A stretch of 62,637 nt of DNA, filler included, from Sphacelaria rigidula (lineage: Eukaryota): the NCBI GenBank assembly GCA_964200075.2. It is 4 parts of 4 records of this genome, joined end to end, with 100 filler letters (N's around TTAATTAATTAA, not from the genome) between each part and the next. Parts side by side here need not be neighbours in the genome. Positions count along the whole stretch, not along the records: positions 1 to 15,585 come from CAXNAA020001686.1; 3 more parts are not named here. The stretch is one strand, 5' to 3'. The translations under genes and the position numbers were made by a program. The notes under the pieces were generated by a model, which was given only the letters and a program-made list of their open reading frames with translations, had not been told where the DNA came from and ran no database searches. Positions 1-12,596 of the stretch are shown here, piece by piece. The first letter of the stretch is position 1; each line of letters opens with the position of its first letter.

Positions 1-614
1 CGACCTCATGATCATGAGTACACCCCCCCCCCCTGCCCCCTGCCCCCTGCCTAAAACCACAAGCAAGAGAAAAAAAAAGACAAGAAGGGATATGACAACC
101 GGCCGCTAATTGCTGGTCACCAGCAAACCCATTCACGGAATCCAAGTCACCAAAGGTTGGCAGTGGACACACACACACAGCATCACGGGTTGCTTGCTGC
201 CGTTTCAATTCAAAGTCAAGACCGGCAGACTTTGGGCAACATATGGCGTGTGTCCTACACACCAATACCTACAGTATCTCGCGTGTATAATCCTCTACTG
301 CCCCCACCCACCAGTGAATGCAAATCCAGTGTTCTCAACTCAATATTGTGAGCGCATTTTAAACATTTGTTTTCGTTGTGAGCTGAGCGAGCATGAGAAG
401 CATGAGATTAATTACCCCCGATGAATATATATATATAGCTCTATATATCCATCTCTTTAATTATTATGACTCAATATGAAGATTTTGTTCTCACAAAAAC
501 TCCTGAAAAATCCCAGCCTTCCATAAAATATGGACCCGCAACTACAGCCACTATAGTGCGGAGTCATACTGTATAGTATGCCGATGTTCCCTCATGTTGT
601 TTGTCTATTCGCAC

Positions 615-776
615 CTCGGCTGTGCCCATGAGCAGAAAGTACACCCCATCGCTTCCGTGGGTGGGGGTGTAAATGTAGTTTCCCATGATGCAGAAATATG
701 GCGTCATGTGTCGGAGGATATACGCCATGTGGTTCGGCCCGAGGTGCTTGAAGATCGCGATATTGCCAATCACATC
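615..776 (-). CDS. CNBD K+ channel exon encoding the start of the cyclic-nucleotide-binding domain; the gene continues beyond the contig start
   Basis: ccccag|GAT...GAG|gtgcga, 162 nt. IAIFKHL...GNYIY...DGVYFLLMGTAE resembles CNBD beta1-beta3. Confidence 0.88.
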
Positions 777-1789
777 CTGGGGCATCAACAGTCGAAACAG
801 GAGGGTGGGTGGGGGGGGGATGGCGTAGTCATTCGACCATTGGACCGACGCACCCCTTTCTAGATAGTTTCCGTTCCTACACCTAATATATACCTCCAAC
901 ATTTCGGCATTAATTACTTTTTTTCCATACATGGGATATGACGGGGGAAAATGTACTAGTAATTCGGAAACATTCTTGCAGAATTTTAAACTCTCACAGC
1001 TGAAGGCACAATACTCACCCGATTGGGCTTTGGCGGCATGTAAAATTAATGCGACACTCTGACATAAGTTGGAAAATGCTTCGTTTTTTCTTCTGTGTGT
1101 TGGTTTTGTCAACTTCTCATTTTTTGCATGCACATGGAGCATGACTTGATATCCGAATTTCGCACCACTCTCAGGTGCCCATGGACGTGTGTGTTCAACT
1201 TCCTCAGGTAAACAGGCAAGATCTAGACCCTTCCGGGTATCCATGAAAACATAAAACCGTGCATGAAATATGTCAGCCGTGCATGAAAATATATAAACCG
1301 TGCATGAAATATATGGACCGCACATATGCACAGGATACGTCATTCATGACTGCATTTCTTCCCACTTCAAGAACTATGGCCTTATAACGTCCTAAACCTC
1401 TGCTGGCGGTTGATCTTTCGCGGACGATGGCAAATATCATGCAACATGCATAAACACCAGAACATCAGTATACTATCTCCACTGCAATTGATACTAGCAC
1501 TCAGTGCGCCCAGATTGTACTTGAGTAAGAGTGTAGGCCATGAATCAGGTAGGGGATGAGTCACGTTGATCTAGAGCAGAAGTTGACCATCCTGCTTCTG
1601 TCTTCGGGATGGTTTTGAATCGACACCCTCTCCAGAATATTGCCTGCTCACGAACGATTGACGAACTGAATTTTCAATCGCTACTGTTCCCCATATCTTA
1701 CCCTACTGCTGTACTATCTGTAGTACGTAGCAGCCTCGTGCTGGACACAGTAGCAGCAACAACTGATGGTCTTGTCGCGCACGGAATTC

Positions 1790-2146
1790 CGTATTATGTA
1801 TTGTTGTCGCATCTATCCTGGACGCTGGTCTACAACCTTTGGTATATGTGGGCGCACCAGCCGGGGTCACACAGGAGGAAGGTCACCACAGGAGTGTTTT
1901 ATTTTTGTTTGTTTTAGTTCTCCACCTTCCTTCTGCGGTGCTTGCCTTTGTTTTTATCGCGAGAGGAGTTCACCAGTCTCTTTTCTCTCGTAGACCCTAA
2001 AGTCGAATTTTGTGTACCCACACATAGTCGCTCTCCACTGCTGGGCATGGTGTGAGAAAAAAATCCCAGATCGCTCCGAGATTTGAACCCACGACCCAGC
2101 CGTCAGAAGGTTTCGAGGTTACCATCTGAGCCACCGGGGCGACCGG
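1790..2146 (-). mobile_element. tRNA-derived SINE-like repeat, family A
   Basis: Head has box A (TGGCTCAGATGG) and box B (GGTTCAAATC). The body (cctcctgtgtgaccccggctggtgcgcccac) recurs at ~4424-4645, ~38395-38784 and ~48460-48680. Confidence 0.8.
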
Positions 2147-2729
2147 CCCTAGAGTAAAGCCTAGAGATGACATTATCGCTTCACTCGGTAATAGATTCAA
2201 TTCAGCACGGCTGTGTATTGTACAAGCGGTTTTGGAGTGAGTACCGCGTTTATTGTGTGTTAGGCTCCACCTTAGCGTGAGAAACAAATTGAGGAAATTA
2301 AAAGTTTGCTTTTGAACATGGTTGTGACTTCTCACGTTTTCAATCCTTCTGATTCGCTGAGGGCTGATGCCCCATGCTCAACGAACGCCCTCTGGAATCA
2401 TCTTCTAAAATGTTAGTCATTTCTGGATTTTTCTTTTGAACACGGAGGATCAATCCGTTGAGCATGCGAACCACAACGTAAAATCGATGCCATGCGTAGG
2501 CTGTTCGGCTGATCATGGGAACGGGACAACACACCAGAGGTGCACAGTTATCTCTTGAGCGTGTGACGCACTGGTCTGTGTTCGTGTCTCACCACGTCTT
2601 CACGTTCTTATATCGAGAGAGTTTTCCCCCTTTTGAGAGGAAGGGCGTTTGATTTATGTTGAAGATTAGGTTCTCAACCGTCACAATTATGCTCAAAGAC
2701 GGAATTTTGCCGCAAAATCTTTCTCTCGA

Positions 2730-2926
2730 TCAGGGCCTGTCTTAGCACATGAATTTTCGATAAAAAAAGTGCGGTGGAAAACAAAACTCCCGAGCTGATA
2801 GGTCGTGATTTCAACCATCGTCGTCAATGTTAAAGATATGGTTGAAATCATGGTCTATCAGATTGGGATTTTTGTTTTTCACCGCACTTTTTCAATCGAA
2901 AACTGACGTGCTAAGACAGGGCCTGA
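2730..2926. mobile_element. MITE-like foldback element
   Basis: Inverted arms of ~90 bp: tcagggcctgtcttagcac...gtgctaagacagggcctga, pairing inward to tttcaaccat/atggttgaaa. Confidence 0.8.
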
Positions 2927-3384
2927 AACTAAACAAACTAGCGAGAAACGAAAACAGCGTTCAAACTCAGCGCGTCCCATTGGTCGCCGGGCGGGTCTAT
3001 GGTTGCGCGACCAATGAACATGCTACTTTTGGATGCTTGTTCCGATCCTCGCTTATTTTTTGGGGGTCTTGATAAGACACGGCTCTAAGACTCGCGCAGA
3101 GGAGATCGACTTGCGATTTCTTATTCTACGGCACATTAATGGGTTGATTCATCGGCTAATTGATCGTCACACACATACGGAGGCTCGGCAAAATTCAGTC
3201 CTGCGGTGTAGACATGGGCCTGCCCTGCCCTGAGTATGCATGCAGTGACCGACGCTGTTCGCTGGTCGGTGGGGCGGTGGCCAGGCCTCGTGAAGCTTGG
3301 TCCGCACGTCTGACCGGTTGTGATAATTCTACGTCAGCCCGACAAAAAGTTTACCACTATAGAAGACGTAAGTTGGGGTGTTTT

Positions 3385-3700
3385 CTTGTTTTGTCGTACT
3401 TTGGACCCTTCCTGCTCCTCGGGACGAGTCCGTGTCTCAAGGGATTAACCAATCTCTCCCCGATACATGCCTTGCCTTTTGTCTCGTGGGGTGGATTGGA
3501 TGATGACCAACACTCCCGCACCTCGTCAATTCTCGTCAAACAAACTCACTCAACTGCGTGTTGCTTTCGACAGTGGCAATCAGATACTCCGAAGAAAAAA
3601 CTCAACTCAACTGGTGGGAGCCCAGCCGAACTCGTATTTTCTCCATCCTGACAATGGGGACAGTTGGGCCATGTTTATTTACACTATCGGAGGCGCGGTG
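3385..3700 (-). mobile_element. SINE-like repeat, family B
   Basis: Reverse-complement homolog of 6856-7200 (cccttgagacacggactcgtcccgagg core). Confidence 0.7.
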
Positions 3701-4187
3701 GTAGGGTACGTGATTTTTGAAGTGTCAATGGTTGTATCTTTGTAGGAGACAGGACTTTTTTGAAAGCTATGTCTTAACCGTTTGACCGGTAGGATAGATT
3801 ATGTGGGTCACGAAGTAATGTTTCGAGTGAAGTGATGCCGATTCAACAGGTGACCTACCCTCGCGGTCAAACGGGGAAACTACTTTTCTGTATGTACTCC
3901 AACGATTGTTCAGCGCTTCAACCCTATGATCGCGAAGGTATAGGTCATCTGGGCAAGGGATGCGTCAATGGTTTAAGTGAAACTGGTGCCAATTTAACAG
4001 ATGTCCTATTATGCTGACGGTGAAAGACTTCCTTGATTGCGCCTTGTGTGTATGATCTGCAGCACCTTCGACAATCTTTTCGTGAGATCGAGCGTCTTGC
4101 CTTGATTCAGAGTGACTTGTACTGATCGCTCTGACTTGACCAGTTTTCATTTAGCGTGTTATTGTTTTCGCCTGTAACACTGTCGTA

Positions 4188-5316
4188 TGCTTACAGCTAC
4201 ACGACGATATTCTACTCATGGATTCCACAGGCCTCAGTAGAAAGCTACAACAGAAAACCAATAAAAGGCCCGGAGGGGCATTTAGGAATTAAAACTATCT
4301 CAGTCATTAATTGAATATCTCTCGCTCTCAATCGTACCCTGGACTCCATCTCACGAAAACATTATTAATCTAGGTATCATAGGCCTCTACGATTCAAATT
4401 CGCACCTGACCGCGATCGACTGCATGTGTGTGTGTTGTATTGTCGTCCCATTTATTCTGGGTGCCAGTTTGCACCTTTCGGTATCTGTGGGCGCATCAGC
4501 CGGGGTCACACAGGAGGAGGGTCAACACAGGAGCTTTTTCTTCTCATTATTATTTGTTTTTAGTACCCCACCTTCCTCCTACGGTGGTTGCTTTTATTTT
4601 TTATCGCGAGAGGGGTTCAGCGATCCTTTTCCCTCGCCGACCGTTGTATCGACCCAGGAAAACGTCAGGGCTCAGTTCGGTATTTTTTTGCTTTGGTTCG
4701 TTTCGGTGATTTCACCTAGATAATTCCGGCCTTTTATCGGTCGTATATCTCGCGACCTACGGAGAAAAATGAAGAACCCAGAATACAGTTCGAATCATAC
4801 TCGCAAAGTTTATCTTTCCTGTTTTCACCGAAACGCAAGCCACCAAATAACCGATTCCATGGACGAATCACCAAGTGAAACAAAAACATTACGAAAGGGG
4901 TGATCCAGCCCTTCCAGCCGTTCACTCGCATGCGGGATAGTAATAGAACGTAACATAGTAGCACAACAGAAACAGTATGCCGGCGTCAGGGTATTGTTCC
5001 CAAACACGTTCTAGAGCACGGCCATCTCAACCGTTGTATCCGTTTAATTCGCGCGAGGGAGCTTTTTGGCTTGCTCTTGGGAGATCATCTTCAAAAATGA
5101 GGTTGAACATGAAAATGAGTTTCAACTCCGTACCGTGCAATGTATTCGTGATATAGAGAGTAGAGGATACGATTGAGAGTGAAAAGTGGTTAATTAGTGA
5201 ATTAATCGTTTCGGCTTCGAAAGGCCCCTTTACGAGGCCCGATATGCTTTCTGTAGAAGCTTGCCACTGAGGCCGTTGACATCCCTGAGTAGGATATCGA
5301 CGTGTAGCTGTAAGCA
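4188..5316. mobile_element. Foldback element with diverged ~170-bp TIRs and a nested family A SINE
   Basis: Termini tgcttacagctacacg...cgtgtagctgtaagca. A third copy of the arm lies at ~43684-43860. Confidence 0.7.
4424..4645 (-). mobile_element. SINE family A, partial copy
   Basis: gggcgcatcagccggggtcacacaggaggagggtcaacacagg matches 1850-1890. Confidence 0.75.
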
Positions 5317-5394
5317 CACGCTAGTGATAGAGGCGAAGAAAAGCACACACGGAATGAAAAAATGGCCAGGTTAAGGCAAATTACCGAAGCCCCT

Positions 5395-5870
5395 CTCAAT
5401 CAGCCCTCTACTCTCAATCTCACGAAAACGTCGTTACTGGTGCTTCACCTGACCTAAAGTAATGGCAAATGACTTTCATACAGAAGGCCTCGCTATCTCC
5501 CTGAAACTGGTTTTGGGGGTTCCCGTCTTCCGTTCCGCGTAAAAGTATGTGCGAAAGCTTTTGCGTCGGTTTCGGGGTGAAACAAAAAACGATTTAGCCC
5601 GAAAAACTGGTTTTTCGCACATACCCTACGGGGGAACAGAAGACAGGAAATACCCAGAAACATTTTCAAGGAGGTCGGGGGGCATGAGGTCGCGTATATG
5701 AAAGTAATTCATCACGACTTTAGGTCAGGGAAAGCACTTTTTGGAGCTGAAACTCGTTTTAATGCTCAAGCTCATTTTCGAAGATAATCTATTTTAATTT
5801 ATTTTCTCCACAAACGCTGCACAAGTGTTTTTGTGAGATTGAGAGTCTAGCATGTGATAGAGAGTGAGGA
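5395..5870. mobile_element. Degenerate palindromic foldback related to the 4188-5316 element
   Basis: ctctcaatctcacgaaaac pairs with gtttttgtgagattgagag; gtgcttcacctgacctaaagt pairs with actttaggtcagggaaagcac. Confidence 0.6.
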
Positions 5871-6855
5871 GTAGTCAAGTACTGAATGAACTAGTTAACA
5901 GCGGGTCCTGAAAAATGGAACTGATCACTAAAATGAGGTTCAAGTGGCCTTTTAAGAATCCAGGTTTTGTGCGAAACAATTATACCAAGGGAAAGCATCT
6001 TCGCAAAAAAACGTTTCGGTCGCACTCAAGCAGGTGTGGCTAGGTGCACCGAATGAATGCGGTGTATACGCGTGTCGATGACGACACCACCGGAGGAGCA
6101 ACGATGGAGAGCAAGCTCCTCGCCCGTGTCCTCTGTGTGTCCTCGTTCGGTGATTCCCAGTCGCGGGAGAGATCGCCATCATGTTAGCTGCATATACCCA
6201 ATTTGCCATATACCGACAGGCAGGCTATTGTAGCACATCCCCCCAAACAAGATCGGGATGCCGAGGGTTGTCACCCTTTGTCTGTGGCGCCGATCACTTC
6301 AAAGCTCGATTCCTCATTGCCTCTATTTTTGGACAGAACGTGCCTCTGTGTGCTGCAGAACACGTCGTCGAAAAGCAGGGCGATGTTCCCGTCACCCATA
6401 CTGTTCTAACACACACACATACGAGCAAGGACGCTTGCAGCAATAAGACCCAATCGCAACTTCGAGGGTGTTATTGTCATCGTTGATTTTATCTGACCTC
6501 TGCATGTGTACACAATAAGGACAAGAGTCTGCCATACCCCAGTTGGGGGGATACGTTGCACAGTACACTGGATCATAACCTGTACCGGGTATAGGACGGT
6601 GCGCGCAGATGTGGGAACATGTCAAGGTGTCGGGGTGAAACGGCGTGGTAGAGGCAATCTCAACATTTCACCCAGCAGTCCACACGGTGCCGCCTCTACA
6701 CTTTGGGGCATTCCGGTCCTCCAGTCTTGGGAAAAACTGCACCCTTTCCACATTATGACGAAGTAGACGAAAGCGGTGCGGACAGTACAGTACAGCCTAG
6801 CAGCGGTGCACATAATCAGTATGGCACGCGGGGCCAAAGGGCTCTAGAGTATTTG

Positions 6856-7200
6856 CCACCGCGCTCGGGTGGTGTAAATTTAAATGGTCCGATCGTCGCC
6901 ACTGTTAGGATGGAGAGAAGGTGGGTTCGATTCCCGATGCGTTGAATATTTCCTTCGAATGATCTGCTTTCCATCGTGGGAAGCGCAGAAGCGCGAGTAC
7001 GTGACAGGAGAAAAATAATTGTTGACTGAGTGTGTTTGACGAGAGCTAACGAATGCGGGAATGCTGATAGTCATGACCCAGTCCACGAGACCAAAATGCT
7101 ACGAGTGTAACGGGGAGAGATGGATTGATCCCTTGAGACCAAGGACTCGTCCCGAGGAAGGAGAGGGGTTTGAAGTGCGACAGAAATGAAATAAAATAAA
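6856..7200 (+). mobile_element. SINE-like repeat, family B (tRNA-like box B GGTTCGATTCCC)
   Basis: Homologous copies at 3385-3700(-), 14520-14750, 31371-31445, 40550-40870 and 45105-45435; A-rich 3' end. Confidence 0.75.
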
Positions 7201-8235
7201 CATCAATATCTGTGGTATCGGTTGCCGAAGACACTGAGTGTTCCAGAGTACCTGGAGTGTTGGGGTATCGGATGACGCAAATGCTACGCATTTCGGAGTA
7301 TCTCGAGTATGAACCGCCGAAAATGCTGAATAGTCCAGAGCCAGTCGAGTGTCAACTGCCGAGATTACTGAGTACTCCAGAGCATCTCGTATATCGCCGC
7401 TTAAAAACTATCCGTAGTCGGCCTCTGCCCTGTCCTGAGCGCCCTTTGCACGTTTCTCTATGTCAGGTGTGTTCAACGTCGAAAAATCAATTATATTGCA
7501 AAAAGTGGATCCGTTGCGAGTGTTTGGTGTCACCTTCAGGAAAAAAATGTATAATGATAAAGGTATGTTTGTCAATATTGCCTACTGCGTAGGGGTCTTC
7601 CTCACTAGTCTATCATTTGCCCTCGAAATGTCCGGTTCTTGTTTCACGCTTCGTTCTTCTTTTTTTCCTTGAAGAAATGTGCAGGGAGGTTTTGTAACAT
7701 CAGGCCAGGCCATAAGTCAAGTATTCAAGACTGACCACAGATTTTCCCGAAAATCCTACGTAGGATGTTCATCTCAGCATTTTGTTTTCGGAAGTAGTCG
7801 AAAACAAATCCGTTTTTGCGGAAAAGATTATACTTTTGCTGAGAAAATGCCCTGTTATTAAGACCCCATACAGTAGTACTACAGAAAAAGGCTCCTGTCG
7901 TTTCTTTCCGTAGCGTTTACGTCAACCTGTCGCTAGAACTCCGTGGTCGACCCGCACTCGGTCCTTTGGGGACTGGCAGTCCCAAGTATTCGCCGGCGTG
8001 CGTATAGTAGCACGCACTTTTTGTGCTGCAGACGCCGATTTAAGCTCTACCAGCGCAAACTTTACCGCAGGCACGCTTTTGCAACCCCCTTTTGCCCAAG
8101 GGCTCTTTCTCGCCCTGAATCGGCTCCGTGCTTGGGTGAAGGTCACGGTTGAGGTTTGGCAGACGTATAAGCACGTGTCAAGCACAGTTTTTTGTTGTGA
8201 CGGGGTGGACGAAAATGATCTCCTGTTTTTCCCAC

Positions 8236-8352
8236 CTTGTGTATTTGCAGGTAAGACTCCTGTCTTAGGCTGGGCGGCATCAGCGCCTGAAGCGTCTCCT
8301 CGTCGAAGGGGCTCCGATGAGACAGGAAGTACTCCACATGTTTTTTCACCGC
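8236..8352 (-). CDS. CNBD K+ channel exon encoding the C-linker
   Basis: caaag|GCG...AAG|gtggga, 117 nt, phase 0-0. AVKKHVEYFLSHRSPFDEETLQALMPPSLRQE matches the DEE..L..(L/M)PxxLR C-linker pattern. Confidence 0.88.
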
Positions 8353-8931
8353 CTTTGTCGTTAAATCCAGAAATTTCCAGAATACAGAATCAGAAAACAG
8401 AGGTGTCATTGATGTATCTATTTCCCCCACCCCTCCGCAAAATCTCCGAATTTTTCGGCGAATGTTTCGGGGAACACCTTCCCGTCCAATGATGTGATGA
8501 GCAAGTTGCTTAACCAGGTCAGGCACTTGATCGATTCCGATACTGGCCTGCAGATTCCTCCATAACTCTAGGTCGGATAGTTTTCTCAGCAACGGTTTTT
8601 GGGACAAATCGGGAAACCAATAGAAAAAATGTGGAAAAAAATGGGAAATAAAGCGGAAAATTGCTCCATTATGAAGACCCCTTAGAAAAGGCAAATGGGA
8701 ATTATCTGCGTACTATACGTGCGTTCTATGGTAGAGACAGAGAGCAGGAAGAGGGCATAATCCTATACAACACTCACGAGCAGATGTTTGCAATACAGTA
8801 CAACTACGATCAGACCTGTTGGTGGCCAGCCGCTCTGGTTTCCCCATGTCGCTCTCTTACGAAAAAGAAACGCATGTGCGTGTACTCCACACCGCGCCCA
8901 ATAACATCGAGGGGCAATTGATTCGCTTCAC

Positions 8932-9139
8932 CTGTCGGGTCTTCTGCTGGATCTTTTTCTCGTCCAGATAGTTGGAAATAGCCAAGATTTTGACCGTCTC
9001 TCGAGCCTGGCTACCGTTAGGGTTACTCGCCAGGGCGCTGACGCTCCCGACAATGTACCCGAAAACGGTAGCGCCGATCATCATGATGATTGTGGCGTAC
9101 CCACGCTCTGAATCTGCTACGGGCACAATATCGCCATAT
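8932..9139 (-). CDS. CNBD K+ channel exon encoding the filter end, S6 and the start of the C-linker
   Basis: gccag|A TAT GGC GAT completes TVGYGD. IVPVADSERGYATIIMMIGATVFGYIVGSVSAL; donor CAG|gtgaag. Confidence 0.93.
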
Positions 9140-10941
9140 CTGGCGCAAGAACGAGTGAGGAAACAGACACGATGTTTACATCGGTTCACATGGGAATAGC
9201 AAAAGCTATCCAAGTGTGTCTTTTTTTGCCTTTTTCTTTTTTCGTTCAATTTTTTGTACGAAAACAATGCTGCTCTTTATGGGGGGGGCAGGGGGCATTC
9301 TATGCGAATGAAAAGTGCCGGTACTTTCGTTCACAGCAAAAAATCACTTTAGTAGTATCGCCAAAAAGGAATAAACACACTCTCAATCATCACACATGTG
9401 AGTAACCATATATCCCCTATTTTCAATCTTACTAACCATAGTCATAACTCAATATCTGCTGTGTCTGCTATCAAACGCTGCGTGAAAGACACAAACAACA
9501 CACACACCCTGCACCTGCAGCAGCGATGAATGCAATGGCGCGGAGCAGATTAGCACGGGCAATGTAGTTACTTAACCATTGATCGACAACGAAGATGTGG
9601 GGGTATGTTTACCGCAGGAGATGTCCAGCAGCACAATCAAGTGATCAACATTTGCATAGGTACATACGGACTCAAGAGGACAACTTCGCGACAGAAGGGT
9701 TCATGTCTAACACCAGTCAAGTTTGTTGCCGACACTCAAATTGTTGAGAGAGGGCACGAGATATCACCGATATTGAAAGACTGAGCCGAATATGGCAGAG
9801 AAAAAGCAAAACGACAATCCTGTAGAACTCGTAAATATACCTAAACCCGGGTTTCTGCGAAGCAAGCGAAACTTTTGACAAGAAACCCAGTGTTCACAAG
9901 CGTGAGCACTCACGGGCGAAACTAGGCATACACGCATATACCGTAGGGTGTGTTTACGCTGAAAATGAAAATGTTTCACATGGTTCTGACCGGGGCATCG
10001 GCCATCATCCAGTGACCAGGTTTATTTCGGTTGGGGCATCAACAAAAATAATATGCGCTTGCACCAAACTCAAGATCAAGGAGTATCAAAACGCGTACAT
10101 AACGTGATCACACATTCCGCGACCAAAAACCCACTTGGTAAGGCATGTATTCCTTCACCTAGAAAATATGTGCATATACCAAAACCAAGATAGACGGAAA
10201 GTTCAAGCACAGATGACACATAAAAAAGGGCACACGCGGAAACGGAGGCACCCGACTACCCCGGAAGCGAGGACTATCTCCGTGGGACTTCTCCAACCGG
10301 TTTGCGTGGGCTACCGGCGACTACGGAGGATATCGCCTTGGGTGATCGGAAACCCAATCTCGACTTCATTGACTAGGCCCTGCACTACCACTATTATCCG
10401 GTTCGCGGAGAGATCTTTTCTAAGGGATCATTCAACAAGGGATTCCCGACGACGCAGCTTCCGCCGGCGTCGCCGCCCGAGCAGTCGATACGATTAGGGT
10501 TTGTGTTTCCCGTGTCGCGTCAAGTGATGGAATACCCAAAATGTTGACGTTGAGCGAAATCGAATCCTTTCACTGTTTTCAAAAATACACTCCGGTGACC
10601 CCATACATACGGTGGACACTTTCTACGATAGCCCCCCCCCACAACCAGCCAAAAGTGTCATGAAAAAAATGGGCATACAGCGCCTCATATTGGCGACATT
10701 GCCCAGAAGGGACCCAAGCGTGGTAATTCCCAGCTTCTCGTTGTGCTCGTCTTTTCCCATTTCGATTTACGTGAACATTTTGCCGCCCAAAACCATACAC
10801 TTTTTTGGGGGGGGCTATCGTAGAAAGTGTCGGTGCGAGAAATAAACAAGTAACTCTGTACATGGGAAAATGGTATCTAGATGGTCGGAGGATATACCGT
10901 CTGTACAGCACAGCATGCCTGTCAAGTTGTTCCTCACGTAC

Positions 10942-11159
10942 CCGACTGTCGTCATCGTCGTGATAGCCCAATATATCGAAGCGAAGTAGCGCCCCGGAAG
11001 GTCGGACTCCTCCAGGCCCAGAACTTGCCACCACGACTGACCATCGTCGTCGCCGTCACCATTCGATAGGCTCACAAAGCTCCAAAAGCAGCCGAAGAGG
11101 TGGCCCAAGAGCGCGAGGGTGCCCATCAGCTTCAGTCCTCGAAATAGAAGCGTGTTGAG
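10942..11159 (-). CDS. CNBD K+ channel exon encoding S5 and the pore helix
   Basis: caacag|CTC...GTC GG|gtacgt. LALLGHLFGCFW...YFASIYWAITTMTTVG. Confidence 0.93.
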
Positions 11160-12289
11160 CTGTTGGGTACGTTGGGAAGGTTTTGGAGGTAATGTGAGCA
11201 TAAACAAGGAAGGGAGAAGAAAAACAGAGGGGAAGGTAAAGGCAGAGATAGACAGACAGACGCATGGATAAACGGGTATGTAGACGGACAAGGAATGCAG
11301 TGGGTAGTCACGAGAGAATGATGAGCAAGGAACTCTGTGGTTGTTGGGTTCTGTGGGATGTATATATGGTGTTTTTCATGGTTCCGAATGTCTCTTGTGC
11401 TCTTGTGCTCTTGTGCTCGGGGGGTTGTTTGTTTCCTCCAACCTTTGCGTAATGTTTCGGCTTCAGTTATTGGTTTGGTGTTCGTGCCTTCTTCTTGTGT
11501 TTGTGAGTCCTATTTCGAGTCCTTTGATCGCGGCTGCGGAATAAGTTGCTCATTTCATGCTGTAATGTCGAGTTGCCCCTTTCTCACTACTTCGTATTCA
11601 CAAGTCTATTACGCGGTGCTCTTCGTTTTTTATCCGTCGTCACGCGACTTTAGCCCGCATGCATTCCCCATTTTACCACGCATATCGACCGGAACCGGTT
11701 TTGACTAGCGTTTCGGGGGATCTTGGTGGGGCACTTCATGTCTGTACTGGTGCCATTCTCCTGCATATCCTCTCTACTGTTTCACGTCTCATCAGAAAAA
11801 TGGTTCTTCAAACAGCGGAAACACGCAATGATTATCGAATCTTGGCAACGTGCACTCGCCTCTGTGAAGCCCCTCCCCACTACCGGTATAGGGTTGTTGA
11901 AACCGTTGATCAACATTTATTTCCAGATCTTCCGTGAAGCCCTGAGCTTGTGAACGCCATGCGTCTTTGATCAAATCGCCAACATACTGTATGCCTTAAT
12001 ATCCTCCATAAATAATCCGTGTTGGTTGTGTCCATGGCCGGTGGCTCTGCGGTGCCCCCTGGTTTGCGTCTGTATCTGCTCTGGTGCTGCGAATCCTTCG
12101 GGCTTCACAACTTTTGTAGTCTCCTTCTTATCTGCTCTCCCTTTCCCCCATCTATGTATGTGTTTTTTTCTGACATTGTATGCAACAGCAGTATGGTGCC
12201 TCGCTTCCGTAGGGCCCATGGATGAGAGGTCTCATACCCGAACAGTGAGGTCGTAGTAGATGACCCGCAATCTTCTTCCACGACTTTTT

Positions 12290-12596
12290 CTTTTCCACGG
12301 CTGGGTGTAAGTGTGTGACTTCTCCGCCGTAACTACGTGGCAGAGGCCAGCATTTTTTTCGTTTTTTCTTCTGTTGCTCCTTTACTTTTTCTTTTCTTGG
12401 TTTACTCTGTCGGTCTGTTCTACTTTTTTTTAACCTTCTTTTCCTCCTTTTTTGCAGTGAGTGCTTCAGTTTTGTTTTGTCTCGGGTACGTCTATCATGT
12501 GACCACGACTGGATCATGACTATCTGGGGGGTCGGATGAAGTACAACAATGAATGAATGAATGAATCAATAAACCAATAAACCAATCAGATCAATC
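12290..12596 (+). repeat. Interspersed repeat with a (CAAT/GAAT)n tail (retroposon 3' end, family C)
   Basis: gggtacgtctatcatgtgaccacg...acaatgaatgaat; homologs at 18915-19010(-) and ~58790-59030(+). Confidence 0.65.

Noticed and set aside
777-1343. N-terminal part of the 259-aa ORF 564-1343
   Set aside because: Intronic read-through; only 615-776 resembles the CNBD and is bounded by splice sites.
2060-2146. tRNA gene
   Set aside because: It has A and B boxes but no proper cloverleaf, and it is attached to a dispersed repeat body; this is a SINE head.
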